A DNA stretch of 64,000 nucleotides, from the NCBI GenBank assembly GCA_963843555.1, contig CAWJKV010000003.1, forward strand, positions 128,001-192,000, written 5' to 3'. Shown piece by piece: positions 41,606-51,941 of this stretch. The stretch's first letter is position 1; each line of letters begins with the position of its first letter. The notes under the pieces are model-generated. The model made no database searches, had not been told where the DNA came from, and was given only the letters and a program-made list of their open reading frames with translations. The DNA is from an uncultured Methanosarcinales archaeon. Its GTDB lineage: Archaea; Halobacteriota; Methanosarcinia; Methanotrichales; Methanotrichaceae. A program made the position numbers and the translations under genes.

Positions 41606-42073
41606 ATGAAGACATTAATGGTGGACCCCTCCCGGTGCACAGGATGCAGGACTTGCGAGATGGCCTGCTCCCTCTATCACGAGGGAAAGTGCAGTCCGGT
41701 ATTATCCAGGATGAGGATCATAAAATACGAAGCACTGGGAACGAGCTACCCATCTGTATGCGCCCAGTGTAGCAAGCCCCAATGCAGCTCTGTCTGCCCC
41801 AGTGGAGCCATCAAGCCCAGGGATGAGACAGGTGCTCTGACAGTCGACGAGGCCCTCTGCACAGGATGCAGAACATGCCTCGCTGCCTGCCCCCAGATCG
41901 GTTTTCACCCTCAAAAGAAGGTCGCCTTCAAATGCGATTTATGCGGTGGTGATCCCCAATGTGCCAGGTTTTGCACATCATGCGCCATCTCATTCTCCGG
42001 AGCGGACGAGTTCCAAATGTCCAGGAGAAGGGCCGTTGCCGACAGGGCCGTTAAGGCCGTCCAGGTGGGATAG
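41606..42073 (+). CDS. 4Fe-4S dicluster (DmsB-like) electron-transfer subunit
   Basis: CTGCRTCEMAC, CAQC..PQC..VCP, CTGCRTC..ACP, KCDLC. Confidence 0.9.
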   Translation: MKTLMVDPSRCTGCRTCEMACSLYHEGKCSPVLSRMRIIKYEALGTSYPSVCAQCSKPQCSSVCPSGAIKPRDETGALTVDEALCTGCRTCLAACPQIGFHPQKKVAFKCDLCGGDPQCARFCTSCAISFSGADEFQMSRRRAVADRAVKAVQVG

Positions 42074-42076
42074 AGA

Positions 42077-44029
42077 GTGGTCGATAACGAGGTAGTCAAT
42101 GGCTGGACGGGCAGAAGGCTGCGAGTAGACCTCTCCAGCGGCAAGACGAACGTCGAGGAGATTGACGAATCATACCGGAAGAAGTGGCTGGGAGGTCGCG
42201 GCTTCAATTCCGAGCTTCTTTACCGGGAAGTGGGCCCGGATGTGGATCCCCTGGGGCCGGACAGTCGCCTGATCTTCGGAGTGGGCCCGCTCACGGGAAC
42301 TTTTGCACCATCGAGTGGCCGGACGACTGTCACCGCCCGCTCTCCACTGGGCGGGGGATTCGGCGACTCGAACATGGGAGGCCACTGGGGGCCGGAGCTC
42401 AAGTTCGCGGGCTATGACCAGCTGGTAATCCAGGGGAAGGCATCCAAACCCGTCTACCTCTGGATCGATGACGACAGGGTCGAGATCAGAGACGCCTCCC
42501 ACCTCTGGGGCCGGAATGTTCCTGAGGCCGACGCCATGATCAAAGATGAGCTGGGCTCAGAGGAGATCCACATCGCTCTGATAGGTCCGGCAGGAGAGCA
42601 TATCGTCAGGTACGCCTGCATCCTCAATGATGTCTACCGGGCCGCTGCCAGAAGCGGCATGGGTGCTGTCATGGGCTCCAAGAATCTTAAGGCCATAGCC
42701 GTCCGGGGCACCAACCCCGTCAATATCGCCCGGCCCGAGGAATTCTACCAGATTTCTGCCCAGATCAGAGAACGCCTCCGCCAGGACCTGATGGCTCAGA
42801 TGCTCAACGACCAGGGGACATGGCTGCTCACCATGCCTGCCAACTACGAACAGGGCTGGTTCTGCTGGCATAATTTTCAGAAGGGATACCATCCCGATGC
42901 CAATAAACTGAGCGGCGAGGCCCATAGAGACAACTTCCTCTCCCACAGGGAGGGCTGCTTCGCCTGCTCCATCTCCTGCGGCAGGTTCAGCAAAATTAAG
43001 GAAGGCAAGTACAAAGGTGAGATCACAGGCGGGCCGGAGTACGAGACCCTGACGGCCATCGGCCCGCGCATCGGTTTGCTGGACATGGATAAGGTGGTCC
43101 ACAACAATAAGCTGGTCAACGAGCTGGGTCTGGATTCCTGCTCCTGCGGAGGAGCCATCGCCTGGGCCATGGAGTGCTGGCAGAGAGGACTCTTGACTGC
43201 AGAGGAGACCGGCGGCCTGGTCCTGGATTGGGGCGATCAAGAGCTCATCACCAAGCTCATTGGAATGATCGCTAACCGGGAAGGCTTTGGAGACCTTCTG
43301 GCCGAGGGCTCCAGCAGAGCGGCAGAGATCCTGGGCCGGGGTCATGACTACTCCATCTCCGTCAAAGGTCACGACATGTCCCAGGACGATCCTCGAGGGC
43401 TGGGATTCGCTTTTGGAATCGGCTTTGCCACCGGCCGCCGGGGAGGAGATCACCTCCAGGGTCTGCCCTGCCTGGAGCTGACAGGACCCTTCTATCCGGG
43501 TCTGGTAGAAAAGATCCTGGGCACCAGGGAAGCCGAGGAGAGGCTCTCGCCAGTCAAGAAGCCTGAGATGGAGCGGTACCAGGAGGACCTGAAGGCCGTG
43601 GGCGACAGCCTGACGCAATGCACTTTCACTCACAGCTGGTCGTTCGCAGTCCAGCCCGAAGACATGGCGCACCTTATGTCTGCTGCCACAGGTGTCGAAT
43701 TCACTGCGGAAGAGCTGATGAGAATTGGAGGCAGGATTGTGCACCTGGAGAGAGCTTACTGGAACCGCCTCCTCGTGGGCCGCCTGGAAGACCGGAGTCC
43801 AAAGAGGTTCGTTGAGGAGCCTATGCCTGATGGACCGAACAAGGGCACCGTCTTCCCGGAATCGGAACTGATTCCCCGCTACTATGAGGTAAGGGGCTGG
43901 GAGAAGGAGACAGGCTTTCCTCTGGCCGAGGTTCTGATGGATCTGGGGTTGGAGTTGATCGCAGCAGATCTGGTGCCCTACCGGGAGGACTATCGAAAGA
44001 AGGTTGAAGAGGCCGCCAATTCTGCCTGA
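42077..44029 (+). CDS. aor: Aldehyde:ferredoxin oxidoreductase (W/Mo-pterin)
   Basis: ELKFAGYD, IGPAGE, RSGMGAVMGSKNLKAI, CFACSISC, GPEYET. Confidence 0.92.
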   Translation: MVDNEVVNGWTGRRLRVDLSSGKTNVEEIDESYRKKWLGGRGFNSELLYREVGPDVDPLGPDSRLIFGVGPLTGTFAPSSGRTTVTARSPLGGGFGDSNMGGHWGPELKFAGYDQLVIQGKASKPVYLWIDDDRVEIRDASHLWGRNVPEADAMIKDELGSEEIHIALIGPAGEHIVRYACILNDVYRAAARSGMGAVMGSKNLKAIAVRGTNPVNIARPEEFYQISAQIRERLRQDLMAQMLNDQGTWLLTMPANYEQGWFCWHNFQKGYHPDANKLSGEAHRDNFLSHREGCFACSISCGRFSKIKEGKYKGEITGGPEYETLTAIGPRIGLLDMDKVVHNNKLVNELGLDSCSCGGAIAWAMECWQRGLLTAEETGGLVLDWGDQELITKLIGMIANREGFGDLLAEGSSRAAEILGRGHDYSISVKGHDMSQDDPRGLGFAFGIGFATGRRGGDHLQGLPCLELTGPFYPGLVEKILGTREAEERLSPVKKPEMERYQEDLKAVGDSLTQCTFTHSWSFAVQPEDMAHLMSAATGVEFTAEELMRIGGRIVHLERAYWNRLLVGRLEDRSPKRFVEEPMPDGPNKGTVFPESELIPRYYEVRGWEKETGFPLAEVLMDLGLELIAADLVPYREDYRKKVEEAANSA

Positions 44030-44043
44030 GGCCGGGGTTAAGG

Positions 44044-44343
44044 ATGCAGATAACCGCTCGCTACTACGGCTTCTTCTCCACAGTGACGAGGAAGCTCTAT
44101 GAGGTGCTGGAGGTCGACGACGAAATAGCCGTGAAGGATTTGATAGAGGTTCTGGCCAGGATTTATGGCTATAAATTCTCCCGCCTCTGCTTCATCCGGC
44201 CGCTGTACAGCGACAGGGATTATGTGAACATCTGCCTCAACTTTCTGGACCTCAATAGCCTGCAGAAATTTCCGCTGGGCCTGGAGACCAGGCTCAAAGA
44301 GGGTGACCTGGTCTCATTCGGGGTCATGGGAGGCGCGGCTTGA
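44044..44343 (+). CDS. MoaD/ThiS (SAMP-like) sulfur carrier ending in GG-AA
   Basis: Beta-grasp pattern, LETRLKEGDLVSFGVMGGAA. Confidence 0.8.
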   Translation: MQITARYYGFFSTVTRKLYEVLEVDDEIAVKDLIEVLARIYGYKFSRLCFIRPLYSDRDYVNICLNFLDLNSLQKFPLGLETRLKEGDLVSFGVMGGAA

Positions 44344-45080
44344 ACCCGGATGTGTGGGCCAGGCAGATGGCCATACCAGGGGTTGGAGCAAAAGGACAGC
44401 AGAAGCTGCACGAGAGCAGAGCAGTCGTGCTTGGCCTGGGAGGTGTGGGAGGACCCGCTGCCCTTTACCTCGCTGCAGCAGGCATAGGAAGCCTGGTGCT
44501 GGTGGACGGCGACAGGGTTGAGGCAAGCAATCTCAACCGCCAGATCCTCTTCGGCTTTTCTGATCTGGGTAGATCCAAGGTCCATCTGGCAGCGGAACGC
44601 TTGCTCAGCCTCAATCCGGACCTGAAGGTGAAGGTTGTCGATACCGTGGTCAAAGAATGCGACCTGGAGCCGCTTCTCATGGGCTCTCAGTTTGTACTGG
44701 ACTGCTTTGATAAGAATGCTGACCGGCTGGCAGTCAACCGGGCATGCATTGCTTTGGGAATTCCCGCGGCCCATGGATTCGCCCAGGACTTCAGCGGTGA
44801 GATTTTTATGGCGATTCCAGGAAGTAGCTCATGCCTTGCCTGCGCTATGGACGAGAGCTTCCCGGAAGTTGAGGTGACGCCCATCATGGGAGTGACCGCG
44901 GGGATGGTCGCCATCTCCATGGCTTCCGCCGCCATCCTCTTTCTGATCGGAATTGCCGATCCAGTGATCGGATGCAGATTGATCTATGACCTGGCCTTCA
45001 CTGGAATTACAAGAGTCCCTGTATTGAAAAATCCTCGCTGCTCTGCTTGCGGCAGTAATAAAGAGGATAAGCAGGAATGA
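44340..45080 (+). CDS. MoeB/ThiF E1-like adenylyltransferase
   Basis: GLGGVGG, DGDRVEASNLNRQ, CLAC, CSAC. Confidence 0.9.
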   Translation: MNPDVWARQMAIPGVGAKGQQKLHESRAVVLGLGGVGGPAALYLAAAGIGSLVLVDGDRVEASNLNRQILFGFSDLGRSKVHLAAERLLSLNPDLKVKVVDTVVKECDLEPLLMGSQFVLDCFDKNADRLAVNRACIALGIPAAHGFAQDFSGEIFMAIPGSSSCLACAMDESFPEVEVTPIMGVTAGMVAISMASAAILFLIGIADPVIGCRLIYDLAFTGITRVPVLKNPRCSACGSNKEDKQE

Positions 45081-45162
45081 GAAGCAGAAATGAGAGTGTA
45101 GGGCAAATAAAGAGGAAAAAAATAAAAAATAGGGTGGACCTATTGGTCGCGGTCTCCAAAGT

Positions 45163-46618
45163 TCAATACTGTCTGGCCATATAGGTGCGCTTGCCTGTCA
45201 ACTTGCCGCAAACCGCACAGGCCGCCTCAGAGAAGCTCTGGCGCTGCGGCTCGTCCCAGCATATTCGCTTCCACCTGATCCTCCAGCTGGTGGCCGCAAT
45301 CGACCTCGCCGCACCATGGCACCAGTGCCACGCCCACCTCTGTCTGTTCTTTCGCTTCGTTTATGCTGACAACTTCCCTGACCTTGCCTTCACTGAACAG
45401 TTTGGCCCTGGCATAGAGCGCCTCCTGCAGCTCCTCCGCCTCTTTGATGACGGCATCTGTCAGGCCCTCCATGGGCACGGCTTTCTTTATGCCATCGCGG
45501 CGCACCAGTGTGACGACTCCCTTCTCAATATCCCTGGGCCCGACCTCCAGACGAATGGGAACGCCTAACATCTCCCATTTGTAGAACTTGGCGCCGGGCC
45601 GCTCGTCGCTAGTGTCCAGCTTCACCCGGATATGGGCCGCGGCAAGAAGGTTTTCCAGATTTCTGGAGACCTCCAACACCTTCTCCTTGTCGCCCAATAG
45701 TATGGGCACTATGACTACCTCTGTCGGGGCGACGCACCAGGGCAATGCCAACCCTTTTTCGTCCCCGTGCACCGAGATGAGAGCCGCAATGCATCGCTCC
45801 GATATGCCGTAGCAGGTCTGGGAAACCAATTTTTGCTCGCCGTCTTCCGCTTCGTAGGTGATCTCGTAGGTCCTGGCGAAGGTTGAGCCCAGATGATGCG
45901 CCGTGCCCACCTGCAGCGTCTTGCCATCGGGCATGATAACGTCTATGGCTGTGGTGTAATCCGCGCCGGGAAACTTGTCCCAGCTGGGGCGGCGGCTCAC
46001 CAGGAATGGTATGGCCAGACGCCGGTAGAATTCCGAGTACCTCTGGATGGCAACTTCAACCTGTTCGGCCGCTTCTTCCCAGGTGGCATGAACGGTGTGC
46101 GCTTCCTTGAAGGAGGTGATCTCCCGCAGGCGTATGAGCGGCCGGGTATGCTTGGTCTCGTAGCGGAAGGTGTTGACGATCTGGTAGATGCGAAGGGGCA
46201 GATCGGCATGCGACCTGATCCAGAGCTTGAACATGGGATAGATTGCCGTCTCGCTGGTGGGGCGCAGTGCGAGCTTGACCTCCAGAGGAGTCAACCCGCC
46301 ATGGGTCACCCAGTAGACCTCTTCCTCAAAGCCCTTGATATGCTGCGCCTCCTTCATGAACTCGTTCTCAGGGATCATGAGGGGGAACTGGGTCTCCTGA
46401 TGATCAAAATCAAGAAGCTCCCGGATGATGCCATAGACATTTTTCTTAATGGCGAAGCCGAAGGGGAACCAGACACACATTCCCTTGACAGGATAGCGGT
46501 TATCTACGATCTCCGCTGTCATGAGCAATTCATGATACCATTCACTGAAGTTCTCTTTGGAGGGCAGCTTGGCAGCCTTAGAGCTCTGCGCTCTGGAATC
46601 TGGCCTGGATGCGTTCAT
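45163..46618 (-). CDS. proS: Proline--tRNA ligase (frameshift near the C-terminus)
   Basis: [36 protein letters not shown]; the terminal CAVCGK...YMARQY lies in a shifted frame. Confidence 0.95.
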
Positions 46619-46687
46619 TTTGGATTCAGTCCCGCCGCCGGACTTGGAGCCGGCGTTTTTTCGTTTTACATTCAGTCTTGGAATCGG

Positions 46688-47290
46688 TCATGCAACCACC
46701 GATATAATAAATGGGGTGATAAAAGTTTCAATTGCCGCCGCCAGTAAGAGCAGCGGTGTAACCCAGCGGATCAGGAAATGAAATGCAATTTTGATCTCGC
46801 TGGAGAGGTCAGCCTTCTCTCTCAAGATGGATAGAGCCAGCAAATAGCCCAGCCGAAAGCCTATGGCGATGCTGACCAGGATTACAGGAAGCTCGATGAT
46901 GCCGTGGGGTAGGATTCCCGCCGCCAGATAAAGCCATCCCACTTTCTGGACTGCCTCATAGGCTACGATGCCCAGGATAAAGCCGTTGCTGGTGACGACC
47001 ATGAGTGGCAGGATCCCCAGGCCCAGGCCCAGCAGCATAGCCATGGATGAGGCCAGGAGATTCTTGAGGAAGATGATTATCATTATGAGTAGGGGTGGCT
47101 GATCCATAATCCACTTCAACATCTCTAGCTCAGAAGTCCAGCTGGAGGCGAACTCCGGATCGACTGCCGCAGTATAATAACCCATCACAGCCGTGAGACC
47201 AAAGAGAAACACGGATAGGCCGATGTAAACTCGAATCGACTTCAAATAGGCCATATCATCCTTTATCGACAAACAAGATCTCCCACCCAA
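46688..47290 (-). CDS. SpoIIM-like membrane protein
   Basis: IFLKNL, NGFILG, ILPHGIIELP, AAAIETFITP. Confidence 0.85.
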   Translation of the reverse strand: MGGRSCLSIKDDMAYLKSIRVYIGLSVFLFGLTAVMGYYTAAVDPEFASSWTSELEMLKWIMDQPPLLIMIIIFLKNLLASSMAMLLGLGLGILPLMVVTSNGFILGIVAYEAVQKVGWLYLAAGILPHGIIELPVILVSIAIGFRLGYLLALSILREKADLSSEIKIAFHFLIRWVTPLLLLAAAIETFITPFIISVVA

Positions 47291-47314
47291 ACCTCGTCCG
47301 GCCTTTATTTAAGA

Positions 47315-48176
47315 CTAGCGCGGTTTCGCGAGTGCCATGAGAATGAAAAAGCCCGTCTCCGCCAGCACCGAGATCGCAGCCGGAACACCCGCCTCCGGCC
47401 CAAAGAGCATCAAAGATATGGCTGCTGCCAGCCCCAGATTCTTAAAGGAGCCAAGGAGGGTATAGGAGATCGCATGCGATCTGTCCGAACCTGCCAGTCG
47501 GGCCGCTATGTATATTGCCAATCCTATTCCCAGAGTGCGTGCCAGTGCGATCCAGTAGACGCGATCCAAGTCTCCCCAAAGGGCGCCCTGATTGAGGCCG
47601 ATCACAGTGTAAGTGACCCAAAAAAATCCCAGGTTAATGGGAAGAACGGGATCAATCGATATGCGACGCACAATCCTGGAGGCCAGGGCCGGGAGAAGAA
47701 TCAATAACAGAGATATCTGCACCAGGAAGATGGGGCTTATTCCTGTCTGGCGAGTGAAGGCATAGATAATGGCGGGCATCAGCACCAGTGACGCGAGATA
47801 TGATATGGCCTCGGAATGAAGAGAAAGAGGCATATCACCATTCAAGATGCGGGTCATGGGCAAGATCGCAACTGCTGGGGGCACGGCAGCCATGACAATG
47901 AAACCCTGGCGCAGAGCTTCATCGTGCAGACTACTGCTCAGCAGCAATATGAGCCCGGAAAGGAGCCCGTAGTTCAGGGCCAGACCCAGCATAGAGCTCT
48001 TAAGGGAAACCTGCCCAAGAGTCGCACTGAGATTGACATCGGTCAAGGAGAAGGCCATCATTATCATGAGCACGGGTGTGATAAGCCATCTCGGTGGACT
48101 GTGCAGGCCCGGGCCAGATGAGGCCAAAGAGGATGGAAAGCAAGAGAACGAAAGAAGAGTTCTTTAAAAGGCTCAT
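47315..48176 (-). CDS. Bile acid:sodium symporter-like membrane protein (5' frameshift)
   Basis: ALNYGLL, AAVPPAVA, SFKNLGLAA motifs. Confidence 0.7.
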
Positions 48177-48218
48177 GCCCATTCTTCCAGCACCCATCGA
48201 CTCCTCCCGACAGTATCC

Positions 48219-48830
48219 TCAGACACTTATCAGGTAATAGAACCCAAAACAGACCAGGAAGACGCCGCATATTCCCAGGATTCTTCGATAATTCTTTTCA
48301 GAGAGAATGCTCCTTCCCCGATCCAGGCTGGTTGAGACCAGGAGGTACCACCCGAAGTCCGCACCCCAGTGGCCGATCATGAAGATGGCTGCCATTATCA
48401 ACCCCGTTTGCAGGCCCGATAATACCAGGGCGCTGCCTATGGAGAGCCACCAGATCCAGAAGTAGGGATTGGCCCCGCTGGTGATCATTCCTGCCAGATA
48501 GGGGTTGCCGATGGACTTCCCTTCCGCTGCCACCATGTTGGCGTTCCTGGCTCCCTTCACGGTAAGAATTCCAAAAGCGATAAGTGCCAGGCCGCCAACT
48601 AATGCAATAGTGCGAGAATACTGCTGCATAGTCACGTATAGACCTCCCACAATTGATAGAAAGATCAGGGATTCCACTACAGCATGGCCTGCGGCGATCT
48701 TGGGGCCAGCCGTCCAGCCATATTTGAGGGAAGAATTGACGGTGGCAACAAGCGTCGGCCCGGGAGCGAGCGCACCAGTCAGACCGATGAAGAAGGCAGC
48801 TGCCAGCATCTCAATCATCTCGAACATCAT
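48219..48830 (-). CDS. LysE family transporter
   Basis: GALAPGP, GHAVVE, NPYFWIWW. Confidence 0.88.
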   Translation of the reverse strand: MMFEMIEMLAAAFFIGLTGALAPGPTLVATVNSSLKYGWTAGPKIAAGHAVVESLIFLSIVGGLYVTMQQYSRTIALVGGLALIAFGILTVKGARNANMVAAEGKSIGNPYLAGMITSGANPYFWIWWLSIGSALVLSGLQTGLIMAAIFMIGHWGADFGWYLLVSTSLDRGRSILSEKNYRRILGICGVFLVCFGFYYLISV

Positions 48831-48943
48831 CTACCCTCTGTCATTTCATTAGCAGGTCTGCAGTTAAAAGACATTTGCTCCTGGCATTGATCACGAGTCT
48901 CAATGAAATACTTCCCGGAATCAGGCCGCCAAAACAGACGAAA

Positions 48944-49016
48944 TGGACAGGTCGGGATTTGAACCCGAGGCCTCTACCATGCCAAGGTAGCGATCTTCCA
49001 GCTGATCTACCTGCCC
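48944..49016 (-). tRNA. tRNA-Ala (GGC)
   Basis: Reverse complement GGGCAGGTAGATCAGCTGGAAGATCGCTACCTTGGCATGGTAG...GGTTCAAATCCCGACCTGTCCA; G3:U70 pair present. Confidence 0.96.
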
Positions 49017-49154
49017 TTCGATCCTGAAGGTGAGCCGTACTCCATTTAAACATGTCGGTAGGAAAGCATCTTCAGGAGCATCCGGTGCAGGATATGGAAT
49101 CATCATTCTCACCCTAAGAGTTATATCCGACTTGACCCGATAACACACTTCTAC

Positions 49155-49604
49155 ATGAAAATTGTTGCTCTAATACTGTTATTGTTCATATCTTCTGGAT
49201 CGTTCGCCCAGGAGCACATTGCATCCTTCCCGGCTCAGAACAACACCACAGGCTTGAAACCTGTCTACCTGGGCTCAGCCAATAATAGCTCAACAGAATC
49301 CCTCAATAGCTCCGATTACTATCATATCACATATCCAATATGGGACCAGTTCGCCTATAATTTGCCGCTCACCAGCATCCATGAATGGTTTTCCAAGTAT
49401 AGTATTAACTCCCCTGCAGCAGTCCCGAATTTCCTCAGAGACGACTGGAGACCGGCATCCGAAAGCATGGCTACTCCGACAATAAAGCAGTTTGCAAAGG
49501 AAGATAGGTACCGGGAGGGAGTCGAGCCCCACAACGACCCGGACCGCATGGAGCTGAACCATTTCCTGGATAGTGATGAGCCGCCGGGAAGGCCACTGCT
49601 CTAG
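49155..49604 (+). CDS. Secreted hypothetical protein
   Basis: Signal peptide, 149 aa. Confidence 0.6.
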   Translation: MKIVALILLLFISSGSFAQEHIASFPAQNNTTGLKPVYLGSANNSSTESLNSSDYYHITYPIWDQFAYNLPLTSIHEWFSKYSINSPAAVPNFLRDDWRPASESMATPTIKQFAKEDRYREGVEPHNDPDRMELNHFLDSDEPPGRPLL

Positions 49605-49997
49605 AAAATTATGGGTGGAGCAGAAGGGCATATGAGCGCAAAGATATACTGACTATCAACATAGCATTAGAGCACATGAGCGAGATAGGGGACCCTGCCG
49701 GAGAGCTGGTAACGGTAGATGCGTGCCTCGTCCAACGCCTGGGGCCGCATTCGCCTCTCTTTGCAGCCTCCGCATGCCTGGCAAGCCAAGGCCCGGGTGG
49801 CTGACTGGGCTTCGGCGGAACTTCCTGATCTCATGCAGAGGCTTATCTGCCCAGACCTTCGAGTTATTCGCACTTCCTCATACAACCTTCCCAAATTAAG
49901 TTAAATATTCTTCTGGCAACGTACTCATTTCATCCACTATAAGAATGAAGATCAAGTAAAATTGAGTGGTTACTGATATCGATCAATCGATCTTAAT

Positions 49998-50289
49998 CCC
50001 ACATCCCGCACTTTAACTTCCCAAATCTGGTATTTCTCTAGCTAACGATTCTCCGAATAGAATTATAAATTAAGCTATTCACTTACATTAATATTTTATC
50101 TGCTTGCCATGTCGCTCCGATTGAGTGTAATTGAGTGCATATTGTGCCATCTAATCTCACATGATAGAATCAACTTAATGTCAAATCAATTTAAAAGAAA
50201 TTGCTATTTAATTAAAATACTTTTATCAATTAGCATTAATCAATAGCTGTGAAAATACTAAATCCCAAACACAAAGTGCGGAATGTGGG
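49998..50289. mobile_element. MITE (292 bp), probably IS1634-family derived
   Basis: 17-bp terminal inverted repeats CCCACATCCCGCACTTT / AAAGTGCGGAATGTGGG (16/17 match); TTAAT direct repeats on both flanks; AT-rich non-coding interior. Confidence 0.78.
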
Positions 50290-50488
50290 TTAATGCTATC
50301 GATTCCGAAAATGCAGAACTTGGAGCGCAACATCGAGGAGTTTGAGCGGGGAAGTGACCTTATAATATCTTGCAGTTTAAAGCATATCGAAAAAAAGAAG
50401 AGATGGATTGCTGGTTACACATACTATATGGGGCTGGAGTTTTAACCCTTAAACCTCAGATCTTAGGTGCGTCGGACATGGCCCGCCC

Positions 50489-51901
50489 CTAGTGAGGAAT
50501 GCCCCCCACACGAAGAGAGGGATCTCCAAAGAGCGGAATCCTCCAAGGCTCAAGGTAATAATATATATTCTTCACTGTGGTCTCACCTGGTTTAGGTGGA
50601 GCCCATTTCTTGTAGTTCTCTTGAACCATATAACGCCACATATCTCCCAACTTCTTATTGCCCTTATGAAAAGCCTCGAAAAAAAGTATAAGCAGATCAG
50701 GTGCGGGATCGTTGCCGGTAATTGTACTCCCCATATAGGCGATTGCGCCTTTATCTTTAACCATTGTCATCCCCTCCGCCATGCTTTCATAATCTTTGGC
50801 CTGGAGGCAAGCGGGCTGTGGTGGCATGGAATGGAAAACTTCGCCATTTTCAGTTCCTGGATGGTTATTGCCTTTGGTGTCTTGATAGGCATTTTGTGGT
50901 GGTACTGGAGCAAATCTTCCTGTATCGCACGCTGCAGCAACGACCACGGGCAACATTTTCGAGTTATTAAGTTTTTTTACGTGGTCAACTAGATACCCTC
51001 CGTTAGGAATTCCCCAGCCATTCGATCCGCCATGGCCCATATAACTCACGAATCCGACTCCTTGGTCCATATAAGAATTAATCCTATCTGGACTTGGATT
51101 TTCCGTATTCTGGCAACTATTTCCGTCCTGATACAGTTTATGCACAGTGAAACCATGAAGATAATTCGCTGAAATGTACTCTTGCTTAGCGCAGATATCG
51201 GAATGCCAGTTGCTGGTGGCTATGAGGAGCACTGATTTTATCCAGGTTGAACCAAAAGCGTAGCTTTCATAGTACATAACATTCGAGACGTAGGCATCGA
51301 CCTCTTCCTTCTTTGAAGCCAGAACTCGTCCTACAGCAATGTTCGGAACCACATGTACATCATCAGGATTTAACGGACCACCAGTGTCTATTGGCACTTC
51401 TCCAAAATAGCCGTCTTTGTTGCCGTCCCAGTCATCAAATGAATGATCCTCTTTGAAGAGAGCCGCATAATAAAGGTCCACAGGAACGAAGAGAGTATGA
51501 AAATCAGTCTCTCCGGACTTAGGAGGCCAAGTCCATTTTGTATAGCGCACTGGGAATCTATCCTCATCTCCCACAAGCATGGCATACTTCACACCGTTGT
51601 TTGGTTGGAACAGTGCGAGGCAGCGTTTGACTTTTTCAGCTTCATCTCTGCCAGGATTTGTCTGGTAGATATGTTCAAGGTGGATCAGCATGGTAGCGAT
51701 GCCAGTGTTGTTTTTATGGTCCACGAGTGGCTTCAATGCTTCGGCGAATTCATTTGGGGAAATGATCAACAAATCATAATGTGGCTTACTCCAAGCGATT
51801 AGAGTGTCTCGCAGGCTTTTGCAAGGCATCGACACATCTTCTGGTATCCGAAGTGGCGTCTTCTTGCCAATTGCCGCTAACGATTGACGCAGACTAATCA
51901 T
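50489..51901 (-). CDS. Peptidase C25 (gingipain-like) cysteine protease
   Basis: LLIISP.EF...L.PLVDHK, YAMLVGD, DLYYA, IAVGR, SYMGHG (His), AACDTG (Cys), LFGDPSL. Confidence 0.88.
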   Translation of the reverse strand: MISLRQSLAAIGKKTPLRIPEDVSMPCKSLRDTLIAWSKPHYDLLIISPNEFAEALKPLVDHKNNTGIATMLIHLEHIYQTNPGRDEAEKVKRCLALFQPNNGVKYAMLVGDEDRFPVRYTKWTWPPKSGETDFHTLFVPVDLYYAALFKEDHSFDDWDGNKDGYFGEVPIDTGGPLNPDDVHVVPNIAVGRVLASKKEEVDAYVSNVMYYESYAFGSTWIKSVLLIATSNWHSDICAKQEYISANYLHGFTVHKLYQDGNSCQNTENPSPDRINSYMDQGVGFVSYMGHGGSNGWGIPNGGYLVDHVKKLNNSKMLPVVVAAACDTGRFAPVPPQNAYQDTKGNNHPGTENGEVFHSMPPQPACLQAKDYESMAEGMTMVKDKGAIAYMGSTITGNDPAPDLLILFFEAFHKGNKKLGDMWRYMVQENYKKWAPPKPGETTVKNIYYYLEPWRIPLFGDPSLRVGGIPH

Positions 51902-51941
51902 GATCGTTACCTTCCTCTGAAAATTAGTTCCATGACATTCA

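Noticed and set aside
49667..49894. 75-aa minus-strand ORF
   Set aside because: No recognisable motif or clear SD; cannot be supported as a gene.
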